Notes: generated from the letters alone by a model not told the origin. Shown: positions 1 to 10,625, counted from the first letter of the stretch. The stretch is DNA of 64,000 nucleotides from an uncultured Clostridia bacterium (GCA_947625485.1 CANQOP010000007.1:9330-73329), one strand, 5' to 3'. Numbers and translations: made by a program.

Positions 1-2
1 TA

Positions 3-623
3 TATCTTGAATGGTCCGCGATAAAAGGCGCTAAGGCGGCGGCTCAAGCACTGGAGGAACAGGATATTCACCTCATCTCCTCTCAGGACACCGCGAGATT
101 TCTAAACGATGACCGCAGCAGCTTCGGTCTGTCACGTATTCACGGCGATAAAATGGAAATGATTGCTAATCCCGTGTGGAAGTGGGGCGTATATTACGAG
201 GAAATACTGCGGCGCATGTTTGACAAGACTCTTCAAACAGAGTACGAGAACAGCAACAAGGCTTTAAACTACTACTGGGGTATGTCCGCAGGAGTGGTAG
301 ATATAGAATATTCCGATACTTTATCCCCTGCTACAAGACGCTTGGCGGATTTTTTGAAGGAAAGTATAATCCACAACGTCTGCACGCCCTTTCTTACCCC
401 ACTGTTTAATCAGAGCGGAGAGACAATCGGAGATGGTCAGAAGACTTTAAATCTCGAGCAGATTATAAATATGGACTATCTAGTTGAAAATGTGGTAGGT
501 ACAATTCCTCGATATGAGGAAATGACTCCTATGGGAAAAGCAACGGTAGATACGGCAGGTGTTGAAAAATCCCAGAACAATTCCGTTGAAAATGATGAAC
601 AGGAAGAAGGCGATGAGGAGTGA
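3..623 (+). CDS. 5'-truncated protein, C-terminus resembling Clostridiales BMP-family substrate-binding-like proteins
   Basis: Frame is open from position 3 (YLEWSAIKG...) into the listed 153-623 ORF. The WKWGVYYE and NYYWGMSAGVVDI motifs are recalled from BMP-like proteins that pair with a metallophosphoesterase. The stop overlaps the next start (GTGA). Confidence 0.5.
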   Translation, partial: YLEWSAIKGAKAAAQALEEQDIHLISSQDTARFLNDDRSSFGLSRIHGDKMEMIANPVWKWGVYYEEILRRMFDKTLQTEYENSNKALNYYWGMSAGVVDIEYSDTLSPATRRLADFLKESIIHNVCTPFLTPLFNQSGETIGDGQKTLNLEQIINMDYLVENVVGTIPRYEEMTPMGKATVDTAGVEKSQNNSVENDEQEEGDEE

Positions 624-1204
624 AAATTCTGGCTGTTTCCGATATTGAATCGCAGTATTTTTACGATTATTATTCTCCGGGAAAGCTTAAAGACTTTGAC
701 CTTATTATCGCCTGCGGAGATTTGAATGCAGAATATCTTGAATTTCTTGTAACAATGGCGGACTGTCCTTTGCTTTATATACACGGAAACCACGACAACT
801 TCAATAAAAAACCCGAGGGTTGTATCTGCATTGACGACTCGCTTTACGTTCATAACGGTGTGCGAATCATTGGTTTAGGCGGGTCGTACCGCTACAAAGA
901 CGGCAGATATATGTATACAGAAAAGCAAATGAGGCGAAGAATATTCAAACTTATGCCGTCCATTTTTCGCCGCAGAGGCTTTGATATTCTCGTGACTCAC
1001 GCTCCCGCAAGACACTTAAACGATTTTGAGACTCTGCCGCACAGAGGCTTTGAGTGCTTTAATAAGCTCCTTAATTGGTACAGGCCTAAGCTGTTTCTGC
1101 ACGGACATATCCACAGAAATTACGGAACATATATACCCCAAAAAACAAAGCACGGCGACACTACGGTCATTAACGCCTTTGAGTACTGCGTAATAGATTT
1201 TTAA
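620..1204 (+). CDS. Calcineurin-like metallophosphoesterase
   Basis: Motifs SD, GD, GNHD, TH and HGHIH are in the canonical order. Confidence 0.9.
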   Translation: MKILAVSDIESQYFYDYYSPGKLKDFDLIIACGDLNAEYLEFLVTMADCPLLYIHGNHDNFNKKPEGCICIDDSLYVHNGVRIIGLGGSYRYKDGRYMYTEKQMRRRIFKLMPSIFRRRGFDILVTHAPARHLNDFETLPHRGFECFNKLLNWYRPKLFLHGHIHRNYGTYIPQKTKHGDTTVINAFEYCVIDF

Positions 1205-1236
1205 AAATTAATATAAATTCTTTAGAGGTGATTTTT

Positions 1237-1854
1237 ATGAAAGTTTTAATAATTAACGGAAGTCCTCACAAAGCAGGTAATACGAGTATTGCTCTGCGTG
1301 AAATGGAGGATATTTTCAAGCAGGAGGGAATAGAAACAGAAACTATTCATATAGGAAACAAAGATATTCGCGGCTGCATAGCGTGCAGGTCGTGTATAAA
1401 AAACGGAAAGTGCGTATTTGATGATGAAGTAAATCAGGCGGCGGGCAAATTTGAAGAATGCGACGGACTTGTTGTCGCAAGTCCCGTTTACTACGCGTCT
1501 GCAAACGCTACGCTTATAGCTTTTCTGGACCGCCTGTTTTACAGTACGCCTTTCGACAAAACTATGAAGGTAGGCGCAAGTGTTGCGGCCGCGAGAAGAG
1601 GCGGTTTATCCTCGACATTCGACGAGTTGAACAAGTATTTTACTATCTGCGGTATGCCTGTCGCGTCAAGCCAATATTGGAACAGTATCCACGGCAGAGA
1701 AATCGGTGAGGCGGAACAGGACGAAGAGGGTCTGCAAACAATGCGTGTGCTCGCGAGGAATATGGCTTTCCTTATGAAGAGCATTAAGCTGGGAAAAGAA
1801 AAGTTCGGCTTACCCGAAAAGGAGGCTTGGACCCCGACACATTTTATCAGATAA
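1237..1854 (+). CDS. Flavodoxin-fold NADPH-dependent FMN reductase / iron-sulfur flavoprotein
   Basis: NGSPH..GNT, CIACRSC..NGKC cysteine motif, SPVYY; ATG at 1237 after GAGG. Confidence 0.85.
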   Translation: MKVLIINGSPHKAGNTSIALREMEDIFKQEGIETETIHIGNKDIRGCIACRSCIKNGKCVFDDEVNQAAGKFEECDGLVVASPVYYASANATLIAFLDRLFYSTPFDKTMKVGASVAAARRGGLSSTFDELNKYFTICGMPVASSQYWNSIHGREIGEAEQDEEGLQTMRVLARNMAFLMKSIKLGKEKFGLPEKEAWTPTHFIR

Positions 1855-1887
1855 CATACAATTTACTCTTTACATTACATTATCATT

Positions 1888-1917
1888 AAGGCGTGCAAAA
1901 TGCGCGCCTTCTTTTTT
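1888..1917 (+). terminator. Intrinsic terminator
   Basis: AAGGCGTGCA-aaa-TGCGCGCCTT followed by a T-run. Confidence 0.7.
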
Positions 1918-2088
1918 ACGAAATCAGTTCTATCCGCAATCCTTTGTAAATATGTAAATATAGATTGGTATATAATGCCAATGTGCAAGTTTTTATCACT
2001 TTTAATTCAATTTTTGTAAATTTTTTTAGTTTAAGCAATTTAAAAATCAAAATAATGAAAGTTTTGTTTTAAAAATTGCATAATTCGC

Positions 2089-2118
2089 TTGACAGGAAAC
2101 ATACAACGGTTATATAAT
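2089..2118 (+). promoter_or_regulatory. SigA-type promoter of gltBD
   Basis: TTGACA-N18-TATAAT. Confidence 0.6.
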
Positions 2119-2164
2119 ATTAAATGTAAATTCAACCTTTGAAATTATTCGGAAAGGATGACCG

Positions 2165-5100
2165 ATGATGTCACAATCAGAGAACAGACAGTCCTTGCAC
2201 AGTCTTTATTCTCCAAAGTTCGAGCACGATAACTGCGGTATCGGAGCAGTCGTAAACATCAAGGGTATAAAATCCCACGACACAGTAACCAACGCTCTCA
2301 CAATTGTTGAAACGCTTGAACACCGCGCAGGAAAGGACGCCGACGGTAAGACGGGAGACGGCGTAGGCATACTTTTACAGATTTCGCACAAGTTCTTTAA
2401 AAAAGCGGCTAAGAAGATAGGCATTAGCCTGCTCTCCGAGAGGGACTACGCTGTGGGTATGTTTTTCTTCCCTCAGAAGGAGCTTCTTCGCAATCAGGCT
2501 AAAAAAATGTTCGAGATTATCGCCGAAAAAGAGGGCCTCGAGGTGCTCGGCTGGCGTGAAGTCCCGTCCGATAATAACACTATCGGAAAGCGTGCACTCG
2601 ACTGTATGCCTAACATACAGCAGTGCTTTATCAAGCGTCCCGCAGGCGTTAAAAAGGGACTGGACTTCGACCGCAAGCTCTACGTTGCACGCCGTGTCTT
2701 TGAACAGAGCAACGAGGATACATATGTAGTTTCCCTATCGAGCAGGACGATTGTATATAAAGGTATGTTTCTTGTCGGCGATTTAAGGAAATTTTTCCTA
2801 GATTTGCAGGACGAAGACTATGAGTCGGCTATCGCTATGGTTCACTCCCGGTTCTCGACCAACACGAATCCCAGCTGGCAGAGAGCTCATCCGAACAGAA
2901 TGATAGTTCACAACGGTGAAATCAATACTATCCGCGGAAACGCGGACAAAATGCTAGCGCGAGAGGAAACTATGCGTTCCGAACACCTCAAAGGCGACCT
3001 GGACAAGGTTATCCCCGTCGTAAATACAGAGGGCTCCGACTCCGCTATGCTCGACAACACGCTTGAATTTCTCGTTATGAGCGGAATGGAGCTTCCGCTG
3101 GCGGTTATGATAACCATTCCCGAGCCTTGGGACAGGAACGGCACTATGACTCAGAAAAAGAAGGATTTCTACCAGTATTACGCAACTATGATGGAGCCGT
3201 GGGACGGTCCTGCTTCAATACTTTTCTCCGACGGCGATATTATGGGCGCTGTGCTCGACCGCAACGGTCTGCGCCCGTCGAGGTATTACATTACCGACGA
3301 CGGCAACCTTATACTATCTTCCGAGGTAGGTGCGCTTCCGATAAGCCCTGATAAAATCATATCCAAGGAAAGACTGCACCCCGGCAAAATGCTTCTTGTA
3401 GACACGGTTCAGGGAAAGCTTATCGACGACGACGAGCTCAAGGAGTATTACGCCTCAAAGCAGCCATACGGCGAGTGGCTCGACAGCAATCTTGTAAAAC
3501 TAAAGGATTTGAAAATTCCCAACGCAAAGGTAGAGGAACACCACCGCGAACAGCGCAAAAAGCTCCAGAAAGCTTTCGGATATACATACGAGGACGTTAT
3601 GACCTCTATCCTCCCTATGGCTAAAAACGGAAGTGAATCTATTTCCGCTATGGGCACAGACAGTCCTCTGGCAGTGCTTTCAAAAGAGCCTCAGCCGCTG
3701 TTTAACTATTTTAAACAGATGTTTGCTCAGGTTACAAATCCTCCGATTGACGCGATTCGCGAAGAAATTGTAACCTCTACTACCATATACATCGGCGAGG
3801 ACGGCAATATTCTTGAGGAAAAGCCCGAAAACTGCAAGGTTATGAAAATTAATAACCCTATCCTCACTTCAACCGATATTTTAAAACTCAAAAATATGAA
3901 AATCAGCGGTTTTAAAGTTGCCGTTATCCCTATTCTTTATTATAAGAACACAAAACTCTCAAAGGCGATAAAAAGGCTCTTTATCGAGGCTGACAAGGCT
4001 TACAACGACGGTGCTAACATCCTCATTCTCTCCGACCGCGGAGTTGACGAGTACCACCTCGCTATTCCCTCCCTGCTCGCAGTTTCGGCTCTGCACCAGC
4101 ACCTTGTTGTCACAAAGAAAAGAACCTCTCTCGCAATTGTGCTTGAGAGCGGCGAGCCGAGAGAAGTCCATCACTTTGCCACCCTGCTCGGATACGGTGC
4201 GAGCGCTGTCAATCCCTATCTCGCTCAGGAAACTATCCACGAGCTTATCCACGACGATTTGCTTGATAAGGATTACTACGCCGCTGTCAACGACTACAAC
4301 AGCGCTGTTCTCCACGGCATCGTAAAAATTGCGTCAAAAATGGGTATTTCGACCATTCAGTCCTACCAGGGTTCGCAGATTTTCGAGGCTATCGGCATAG
4401 GCAAAGACGTAATTGACGAATACTTTACAGGTACAGTCAGCAGAATAGGCGGTATCACTATAAAGGATATTGAAGAAAATGTCGATAAGCTCCACACTTC
4501 GGCGTTTGACCCTCTCGGACTGAGTGCCGATACAGAGCTTGAGTCGCGGGGAAGTCACAAATTCAGAAGCGGCAAGGAGGAACACCTATACAATCCGCAG
4601 ACAATTCATACCCTCCAGCACGCAGCGCGCACGAACGACTATGAGCTATACAAAAAGTATTCACATATGATTTCAGAAGAAATGGATCCCGTGAGCATAA
4701 GAGGACTTTTCGATTTCAACTACGCGGAAACACCCGTACCTTTAGAAGAGGTTGAGAGCGTTGAGTCAATAGTAAAACGTTTCAAAACGGGCGCTATGTC
4801 TTACGGCTCAATCTCACAGGAGGCTCACGAGGCTCTTGCTGTTGCAATGAACAGACTTCACGGAAAGTCCAACTCGGGCGAGGGCGGAGAAAGCATAGAG
4901 CGGCTGCTCACTAAGGGCACAGAAAACAACCGCTGCTCCGCTATCAAACAGGTAGCCTCGGGACGTTTCGGAGTAACCTCACGTTATCTTACATCGGCTG
5001 ACGAAATTCAGATAAAAATGGCTCAGGGCGCAAAGCCCGGCGAGGGCGGACACCTTCCGGGAAACAAGGTTTATCCGTGGATTGCGAAAACACGCCACTC

Positions 5101-6712
5101 CACGCCCGGCGTGTCGCTGATTTCTCCCCCGCCTCACCACGACATTTACTCCATTGAAGACTTGGCTCAGCTCATCTACGACCTAAAAAACGCAAATAAG
5201 GACGCGAGGATCTCCGTAAAACTCGTTTCCGAGTGCGGCGTCGGTACTGTTGCGGCAGGTGTTGCAAAGGCAGGCGCGGGCGTAATCCTCATTTCAGGTT
5301 ACGACGGCGGCACGGGAGCCGCACCGAGAAACTCGATTTACAACGCAGGTCTGCCGTGGGAGCTCGGTCTTGCCGAGGCTCACCAGACGCTTATTATGAA
5401 CGACCTTAGAAACAAGGTCGTCATTGAGACCGACGGTAAGCTGATGACAGGACGCGACGTAGCTATAGCCGCCATACTCGGAGCCGAGGAATACGGCTTT
5501 GCGACCGCTCCTCTGGTAACTCTCGGATGCGCGATGATGAGAGTTTGTAACCTTGATACCTGTCCGTTCGGCGTTGCAACGCAGAATCCCGAGCTTCGGA
5601 AAAAGTTCACAGGTAAACCCGATTACGTCGTAAACTTCATTCTCTTTGTAGCAAGAGAGCTAAGAGAGTATATGTCCATGCTCGGCGTGAGAACAATTGA
5701 TGAGCTTGTCGGAAGAATTGACCTCATAAAACCCAAGGCTAATCTTTCCGACCGCGAAAAAGAGATTGACCTCTCAAATATTCTCAATTGCGACTTCGCG
5801 GGAGGAAAGATTGAATACGCGAACAAGAGCGGCTATGACTTCAAACTCGAAGAAACAATTGACGAAAAGGTTATTGCAAAAAAGTTTAAGACGGCTCTCT
5901 CGAACGGCTCTAAAAAGGCCATAGAGATTGACGTAAAAAATACAGACCGTTCTCTCGGCACGATTTTCGGCTCGGAAATCACGAGAAAATACGACGATAA
6001 GCTTGAGGAAGATACTTACAAAGTAATATGCAACGGCTCGGGCGGTCAGAGCTTTGGCGCGTTTATTCCTAACGGCTTAACGCTTGAGCTTTCGGGCGAC
6101 AGCAACGACTACTTCGGAAAGGGACTTTCGGGCGGAAAGCTCGTTGTTTACCCGCCTAAAGGCTCTAAGTTCAAGGCTGACGAGAATATTATCGTCGGAA
6201 ATGTCGCGCTCTACGGCGCAACGAGCGGCAAGGCGTTTATAAACGGTGTTGCGGGAGAACGCTTCTGCGTGCGCAACTCCGGCGCTACGGCTGTTGTTGA
6301 GGGCGTAGGCGATCACGGCTGCGAATATATGACAGGCGGACGCGTTGTTGTAATCGGAAAAACAGGCAAAAACTTCGCCGCAGGCATGTCGGGAGGCGTT
6401 GCATATGTTCTCGACGAGGACAGAGACCTCTACACAAAACTTAACAAGGAAATGGTTCTTTTCACCGAAGTCAGCGAAAAATATGACATTATTGAGTTAA
6501 AGGAGCTCATAGGCGAGCACGTAAAGCACACAGACTCCGCTAAGGGTAAAGAAATACTTGAAAACTTTGATGAATACCTGCCGAAGTTTAAGAAAATAAT
6601 TCCGCACGACTACAAAAAGATGATGTCCGCAATCGCATCTATGGAAGAAAGAGGTCTCGACCACGAACAGGCAAAAATCGAGGCATTCTATCAAATCATA
6701 AACAACAAGTAA
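2165..6712 (+). CDS. gltB: Glutamate synthase large subunit
   Basis: 1515 aa; N-terminal CGIG amidotransferase, HSRFSTNT, FMN-binding region and GXGXG C-terminal domain. Confidence 0.97.
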   Translation: MMSQSENRQSLHSLYSPKFEHDNCGIGAVVNIKGIKSHDTVTNALTIVETLEHRAGKDADGKTGDGVGILLQISHKFFKKAAKKIGISLLSERDYAVGMFFFPQKELLRNQAKKMFEIIAEKEGLEVLGWREVPSDNNTIGKRALDCMPNIQQCFIKRPAGVKKGLDFDRKLYVARRVFEQSNEDTYVVSLSSRTIVYKGMFLVGDLRKFFLDLQDEDYESAIAMVHSRFSTNTNPSWQRAHPNRMIVHNGEINTIRGNADKMLAREETMRSEHLKGDLDKVIPVVNTEGSDSAMLDNTLEFLVMSGMELPLAVMITIPEPWDRNGTMTQKKKDFYQYYATMMEPWDGPASILFSDGDIMGAVLDRNGLRPSRYYITDDGNLILSSEVGALPISPDKIISKERLHPGKMLLVDTVQGKLIDDDELKEYYASKQPYGEWLDSNLVKLKDLKIPNAKVEEHHREQRKKLQKAFGYTYEDVMTSILPMAKNGSESISAMGTDSPLAVLSKEPQPLFNYFKQMFAQVTNPPIDAIREEIVTSTTIYIGEDGNILEEKPENCKVMKINNPILTSTDILKLKNMKISGFKVAVIPILYYKNTKLSKAIKRLFIEADKAYNDGANILILSDRGVDEYHLAIPSLLAVSALHQHLVVTKKRTSLAIVLESGEPREVHHFATLLGYGASAVNPYLAQETIHELIHDDLLDKDYYAAVNDYNSAVLHGIVKIASKMGISTIQSYQGSQIFEAIGIGKDVIDEYFTGTVSRIGGITIKDIEENVDKLHTSAFDPLGLSADTELESRGSHKFRSGKEEHLYNPQTIHTLQHAARTNDYELYKKYSHMISEEMDPVSIRGLFDFNYAETPVPLEEVESVESIVKRFKTGAMSYGSISQEAHEALAVAMNRLHGKSNSGEGGESIERLLTKGTENNRCSAIKQVASGRFGVTSRYLTSADEIQIKMAQGAKPGEGGHLPGNKVYPWIAKTRHSTPGVSLISPPPHHDIYSIEDLAQLIYDLKNANKDARISVKLVSECGVGTVAAGVAKAGAGVILISGYDGGTGAAPRNSIYNAGLPWELGLAEAHQTLIMNDLRNKVVIETDGKLMTGRDVAIAAILGAEEYGFATAPLVTLGCAMMRVCNLDTCPFGVATQNPELRKKFTGKPDYVVNFILFVARELREYMSMLGVRTIDELVGRIDLIKPKANLSDREKEIDLSNILNCDFAGGKIEYANKSGYDFKLEETIDEKVIAKKFKTALSNGSKKAIEIDVKNTDRSLGTIFGSEITRKYDDKLEEDTYKVICNGSGGQSFGAFIPNGLTLELSGDSNDYFGKGLSGGKLVVYPPKGSKFKADENIIVGNVALYGATSGKAFINGVAGERFCVRNSGATAVVEGVGDHGCEYMTGGRVVVIGKTGKNFAAGMSGGVAYVLDEDRDLYTKLNKEMVLFTEVSEKYDIIELKELIGEHVKHTDSAKGKEILENFDEYLPKFKKIIPHDYKKMMSAIASMEERGLDHEQAKIEAFYQIINNK

Positions 6713-6726
6713 GGAGGAGAACAGCA

Positions 6727-8211
6727 ATGGGAAAGCCAACAGGATTTATGGATTATAAACGCGAGGAAGCCCCTGCATTCTCCGTAAAAGAACGTATAAA
6801 AAATTATGACGAGTTTCACGAGCCGCTTAGTAAAGCCGAGCAGGCAAAGCAGGGCGCGAGATGTATGGAGTGCGGCGTTCCGTTCTGTCAGTCGGGTATG
6901 ATGATAGGCGGTATGTTCTCGGGCTGTCCGCTTAACAATCTTATTCCCGAGTGGAACGACCTTATATTCAAAGGCGCCTGGGAGCAGGCGTATCAGAGGC
7001 TGAGAATAACGAACAACTTCCCCGAGTTCACATCACGCGTATGTCCCGCCTTGTGTGAAAAGGCGTGCACCTGCGGAGCTAACGGCGACGCGGTAACCGT
7101 CAGGAACAACGAATACAGCATTGTTGAAAACGCCTACAGTGAGGGCTATGCCGCGCCGAATACGCCGAAGGTAAGAACGGGCAAGAAGATAGCAATAATA
7201 GGCTCTGGACCTTCGGGACTTGCGGCGGCAGACCAGCTCAACCGCAGAGGTCACAGCGTCACTGTTTTTGAGCGCAGCGACCGCGTGGGCGGACTGCTAA
7301 TGTACGGTATTCCGAATATGAAACTCGAGAAAAACGTAATCGACCGCCGAATAAATATAATGAAAGAAGAGGGCGTAGATTTCAGAACAAACATCAACGT
7401 TGGCAGGGATATAGAACCGAGCGAAATCCTGAGGGATTTCGACAGAGTAATACTCGCCTGCGGAGCCTCAAATCCCCGTGATATCAATGTAACGGGGCGA
7501 GACGCAAAGGGCATTCATTTTGCGGTTGATTTCCTCAAATCAACCACAAAAGCTCTTTTGGACAGCGATTTAAAGGAGGGTACATACATTTCTGCGAAAG
7601 GCAAAAACGTAATGGTAATCGGCGGAGGCGACACAGGCAACGACTGCGTGGGTACAAGCGTAAGACACGGCGCAAAATCCGTTTTACAGCTTGAAATGAT
7701 GCCGAAGCTGCCCGACGAAAGGACAAAAGATAATCCCTGGCCGCAGTGGCCCAAAGTCTGTAAGACCGACTACGGTCAGGAAGAGGCTATCGAGGTATTC
7801 GGAAGTGACCCGAGAGTGTACCAAACGACCGTCAAGGAGTTCTTAAAGGACAAGAAAGGAAACCTCAAAGGAGCCGTGCTCGTAAAGCTTAACCCTGAAA
7901 AAGACGAGAAAACGGGCAGACTTATTATGAAGGAAGTCGAAGGCTCCGAGTACACGGTTGACGTTGAGCTTGTGCTGATTGCCGCGGGATTTCTCGGAAG
8001 CGAAAGCTACGTTACGAAAGCGTTCGGCGTAGAAACCGACGGAAGAACAAACGTCGCAACGGAAAAAAATTCATTCAAAACGAATGTCAAAAATGTCTTT
8101 ACCGCAGGCGATATGCACAGAGGTCAGTCGCTTGTCGTGTGGGCAATCCGCGAGGGCAGAGACTGCGCACGCGAAGTAGACGAAAGCCTTATGGGCTATA
8201 CAAATCTATAA
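6727..8211 (+). CDS. gltD: Glutamate synthase small subunit
   Basis: RCMECGVPFC, CPALCEKAC Fe-S motifs; GSGPSG and GGGDTG dinucleotide-binding motifs; directly follows gltB. Confidence 0.97.
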   Translation: MGKPTGFMDYKREEAPAFSVKERIKNYDEFHEPLSKAEQAKQGARCMECGVPFCQSGMMIGGMFSGCPLNNLIPEWNDLIFKGAWEQAYQRLRITNNFPEFTSRVCPALCEKACTCGANGDAVTVRNNEYSIVENAYSEGYAAPNTPKVRTGKKIAIIGSGPSGLAAADQLNRRGHSVTVFERSDRVGGLLMYGIPNMKLEKNVIDRRINIMKEEGVDFRTNINVGRDIEPSEILRDFDRVILACGASNPRDINVTGRDAKGIHFAVDFLKSTTKALLDSDLKEGTYISAKGKNVMVIGGGDTGNDCVGTSVRHGAKSVLQLEMMPKLPDERTKDNPWPQWPKVCKTDYGQEEAIEVFGSDPRVYQTTVKEFLKDKKGNLKGAVLVKLNPEKDEKTGRLIMKEVEGSEYTVDVELVLIAAGFLGSESYVTKAFGVETDGRTNVATEKNSFKTNVKNVFTAGDMHRGQSLVVWAIREGRDCAREVDESLMGYTNL

Positions 8212-8223
8212 TAAAGTAAATTT

Positions 8224-8261
8224 TCGGCTCTTAACCCGAAAGGGTTGAGAGCCGACCTTTT
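8224..8261 (+). terminator. Intrinsic terminator after gltD
   Basis: TCGGCTCTTAACCC-gaaa-GGGTTGAGAGCCGA followed by a T-run. Confidence 0.85.
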
Positions 8262-8372
8262 CGTAAAAAATACGATGGGTTAACATAATTACTATACATA
8301 ATACAGAAATTGTGTTAGAATAAGGTATAAATCTATTTTTAAAGAAGTATGCTGATTATGGAGGATAAAACA

Positions 8373-8957
8373 ATGGAATTTAGCTTATCTTTTTTTATAA
8401 ACAGCGTGCTTTTCGGCGTTGGACTTGCGATGGATGCCTTCTCAGTGTCTATGGCGAATGGTCTGAACGAACCGTATATGAGGAAAAAAAGAATAAATCT
8501 TATTGCAGGCACTTTCGCTTTTTTTCAAATACTTATGCCGCTTATCGGATGGTTTTGCATACACACTATCGCAACGCTGTTCCGGTCATTTCAACTGCTA
8601 ATACCGTGGATTGCGCTCGTTTTGTTGCTCTATATCGGCGGGAAAATGCTGATTGAGGGCGTGCGCAATAAGGACGTTGAGGGTGAGAAAGCTCCTGTTT
8701 GTATGGGCGCCCTGATGATGCAGGGAATAGCCACCTCGATAGACGCGCTGTCGGTCGGCTTTACAATATCCGACTATTCGTTCGGCGCGGCACTGGCGGA
8801 GGCGCTGATTATCGGTATAATAACGTTTTTAATATGCATAGGCGGGCTGCTTATCGGAAAAACCTTCGGCACAAAGCTTGCAGGAAAGGCGTCAATAATC
8901 GGCGGAGCAATTCTTATAATCATCGGTATAGAAATTTTTATTAAGGGAATTACCTAA
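8373..8957 (+). CDS. mntP: Manganese efflux pump MntP family
   Basis: GLAMDAFSVS and ATSIDALSVG repeats; six hydrophobic segments; ATG at 8373 after GGAGGA. Confidence 0.9.
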   Translation: MEFSLSFFINSVLFGVGLAMDAFSVSMANGLNEPYMRKKRINLIAGTFAFFQILMPLIGWFCIHTIATLFRSFQLLIPWIALVLLLYIGGKMLIEGVRNKDVEGEKAPVCMGALMMQGIATSIDALSVGFTISDYSFGAALAEALIIGIITFLICIGGLLIGKTFGTKLAGKASIIGGAILIIIGIEIFIKGIT

Positions 8958-9014
8958 TTTTTTAAAATTCCTCTTTACAAAAAGGTACATTTTGTTATAC
9001 AATAGAGATGTTGT

Positions 9015-9090
9015 GGGGGTATAGCTCAGTTGGGAGAGCGCTTGGTTCGCATTCAAGAGGTCAGGGGTTCGAATCCCCTTATCTCCACCA
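9015..9090 (+). tRNA. tRNA-Ala (CGC)
   Basis: Cloverleaf with G3:U70 alanine identity pair, anticodon loop TTCGCAT, T-loop GGTTCGAATCC and encoded CCA. Confidence 0.95.
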
Positions 9091-9097
9091 TTTAATG

Positions 9098-9128
9098 AAA
9101 AACCACTGACATTTGTCAGTGGATTTTT
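9098..9128 (+). terminator. Terminator after tRNA-Ala
   Basis: CCACTGAC-attt-GTCAGTGG flanked by A- and T-runs. Confidence 0.8.
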
Positions 9129-9140
9129 GTTATAAGAAAA

Positions 9141-9540
9141 GATAAGGGGATTCGAAGCCGAGCGTTAAGAAAATCGTCCTGTGGACGATTTTTAGCGAGG
9201 AGCGCTGATGAAACCCTTCCTCTCCCACACGCCCCAACAAACGAAACAGAAGCTTTCTCATTGCAGAACATACCTTATCTCCACCAAAAAGCAGGTATAA
9301 CCGAAAGGTTGTGCCTGCTTTTTTTGATAAGGGGATTCGAAGCCGAGCGTTAAGAAAATCGTCCTGTGGACGATTTTTAGCGAGGAGCGCTGATGAAACC
9401 CTTCCTCTCCCACACGCCCCAACAAACGAAACAGAAGCTTTCTCATTGCAGAACATACCTTATCTCCACCAAAAAGCAGGTATAACCGAAAGGTTGTGCC
9501 TGCTTTTTTGATAAGGGGATTCGAAGCCGAGCGTTAAGAA
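9141..9540. repeat. Tandem 185/184-bp repeat (2 full copies plus a 31-bp partial) containing tRNA-Ala 3'-end fragments
   Basis: Units start at 9141, 9326 and 9510 with GATAAGGGGATTCGAA. Each full unit contains CCTTATCTCCACCA followed by an AAAAAGCAGG...CCTGCTTTTTT hairpin. Confidence 0.95.
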
Positions 9541-9746
9541 CAAGTTACTTTGTTCGTAATTTTAAAGTAAAGCAAAACACGCAATTCACCATAATTTCTA
9601 AAAAACAGGGTACTTTATTGTGCATTTAGCAGATTGAATAAATTTCAATATTTTGTTAAAATAATATTAAATTTTCATTGGCATTAATTTAGTGTATACT
9701 AATGTATACAATTATTGCCCCAATAGAAATAACAGGAGAGAATGTA

Positions 9747-10487
9747 ATGCATATTAATAAAGTATTTATAGGAATAATAGTTGTTTTATCTATGTTACTA
9801 TTTTCGTCTTGTGCGAACAATGAAACCGGGTCGAATGTTAATTCATCCTCAACCGAACAGTCAGACAAATCGAAAACTTCCGGTGAGAACCAAGTAATGG
9901 ATGCTTCAGAGTTTACGTTTTATCCAAGTTCTGATGGAAAAACTTGTTCAATAATGAGAGGCGACGATCAACCAAAACATGAAATTATGAAGATTCCTGA
10001 AAAAAACGAGAGTCGCACAGTTGTTGAGATTGAAAGCGAAGGGTTTAAATTGGTTGAGGTGTTCAATTCACTAATTATTCCAGATACTGTAAAAAAAATA
10101 GGTGCAACCGCATTTGCGTTTTGTCCTGACTTGAAAACACTGGATATGGGAAATGGTGTTGAACAACTTGGTCAGAACACATTTATAGGTTGCAAGAAAC
10201 TAAAAACTGTTACGTTGTCGAATAAACTTACCGAGATTCCTATGGGAGCTTTTCAAAATTGCGCTATAGAAACGGTTTATATTCCATCAAGCGTACAAAG
10301 CATTAAAGAAAATGCTTTTGCAATATGTGAAAGCTTAAAGGAAGTACATATTCCTAGTTCAGTTAAAAAAATAGCGGATACTAATGGACCTTTTGAAGAT
10401 AGCCCCAATGTTACTATTTATGCTCCAAGCGGTTCATATGCTGAGAAATATGCCAAGAGTAAAAACATACCGTTTGTAGCAGAATAG
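9747..10487 (+). CDS. Lipoprotein with BspA-type leucine-rich repeats (LRR_5)
   Basis: Lipobox LFSSC, Ser/Thr-rich linker, repeated IPxSVxxIxxxAF units; ATG at 9747 after GGAG. Confidence 0.85.
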   Translation: MHINKVFIGIIVVLSMLLFSSCANNETGSNVNSSSTEQSDKSKTSGENQVMDASEFTFYPSSDGKTCSIMRGDDQPKHEIMKIPEKNESRTVVEIESEGFKLVEVFNSLIIPDTVKKIGATAFAFCPDLKTLDMGNGVEQLGQNTFIGCKKLKTVTLSNKLTEIPMGAFQNCAIETVYIPSSVQSIKENAFAICESLKEVHIPSSVKKIADTNGPFEDSPNVTIYAPSGSYAEKYAKSKNIPFVAE

Positions 10488-10625
10488 AATCTTAACTGTT
10501 TTAAACCTAGTGAAATGATATAAATGTGGTTAATGGTTAAGGATAAGATTAAAAAATAATACTTGATAAACAAGGCGCCATTTTAGTAGGAAATACAATT
10601 GATAATAATTTAGGAGTTGAGAAAT

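Noticed and set aside
8262-8372. yybP-ykoY manganese riboswitch upstream of mntP
   Set aside because: The interval is short and AT-rich and lacks the conserved aptamer motifs.
9130-9511. Short ORFs over the tRNA-associated repeat
   Set aside because: They are translations of repeated palindromic DNA on both strands, with no RBS or protein-like motifs.
9141-9540. Hammerhead ribozyme suggested by CTGATGA...GAAAC in the repeat unit
   Set aside because: Stem II cannot pair and no stem I partner follows the putative cleavage site.
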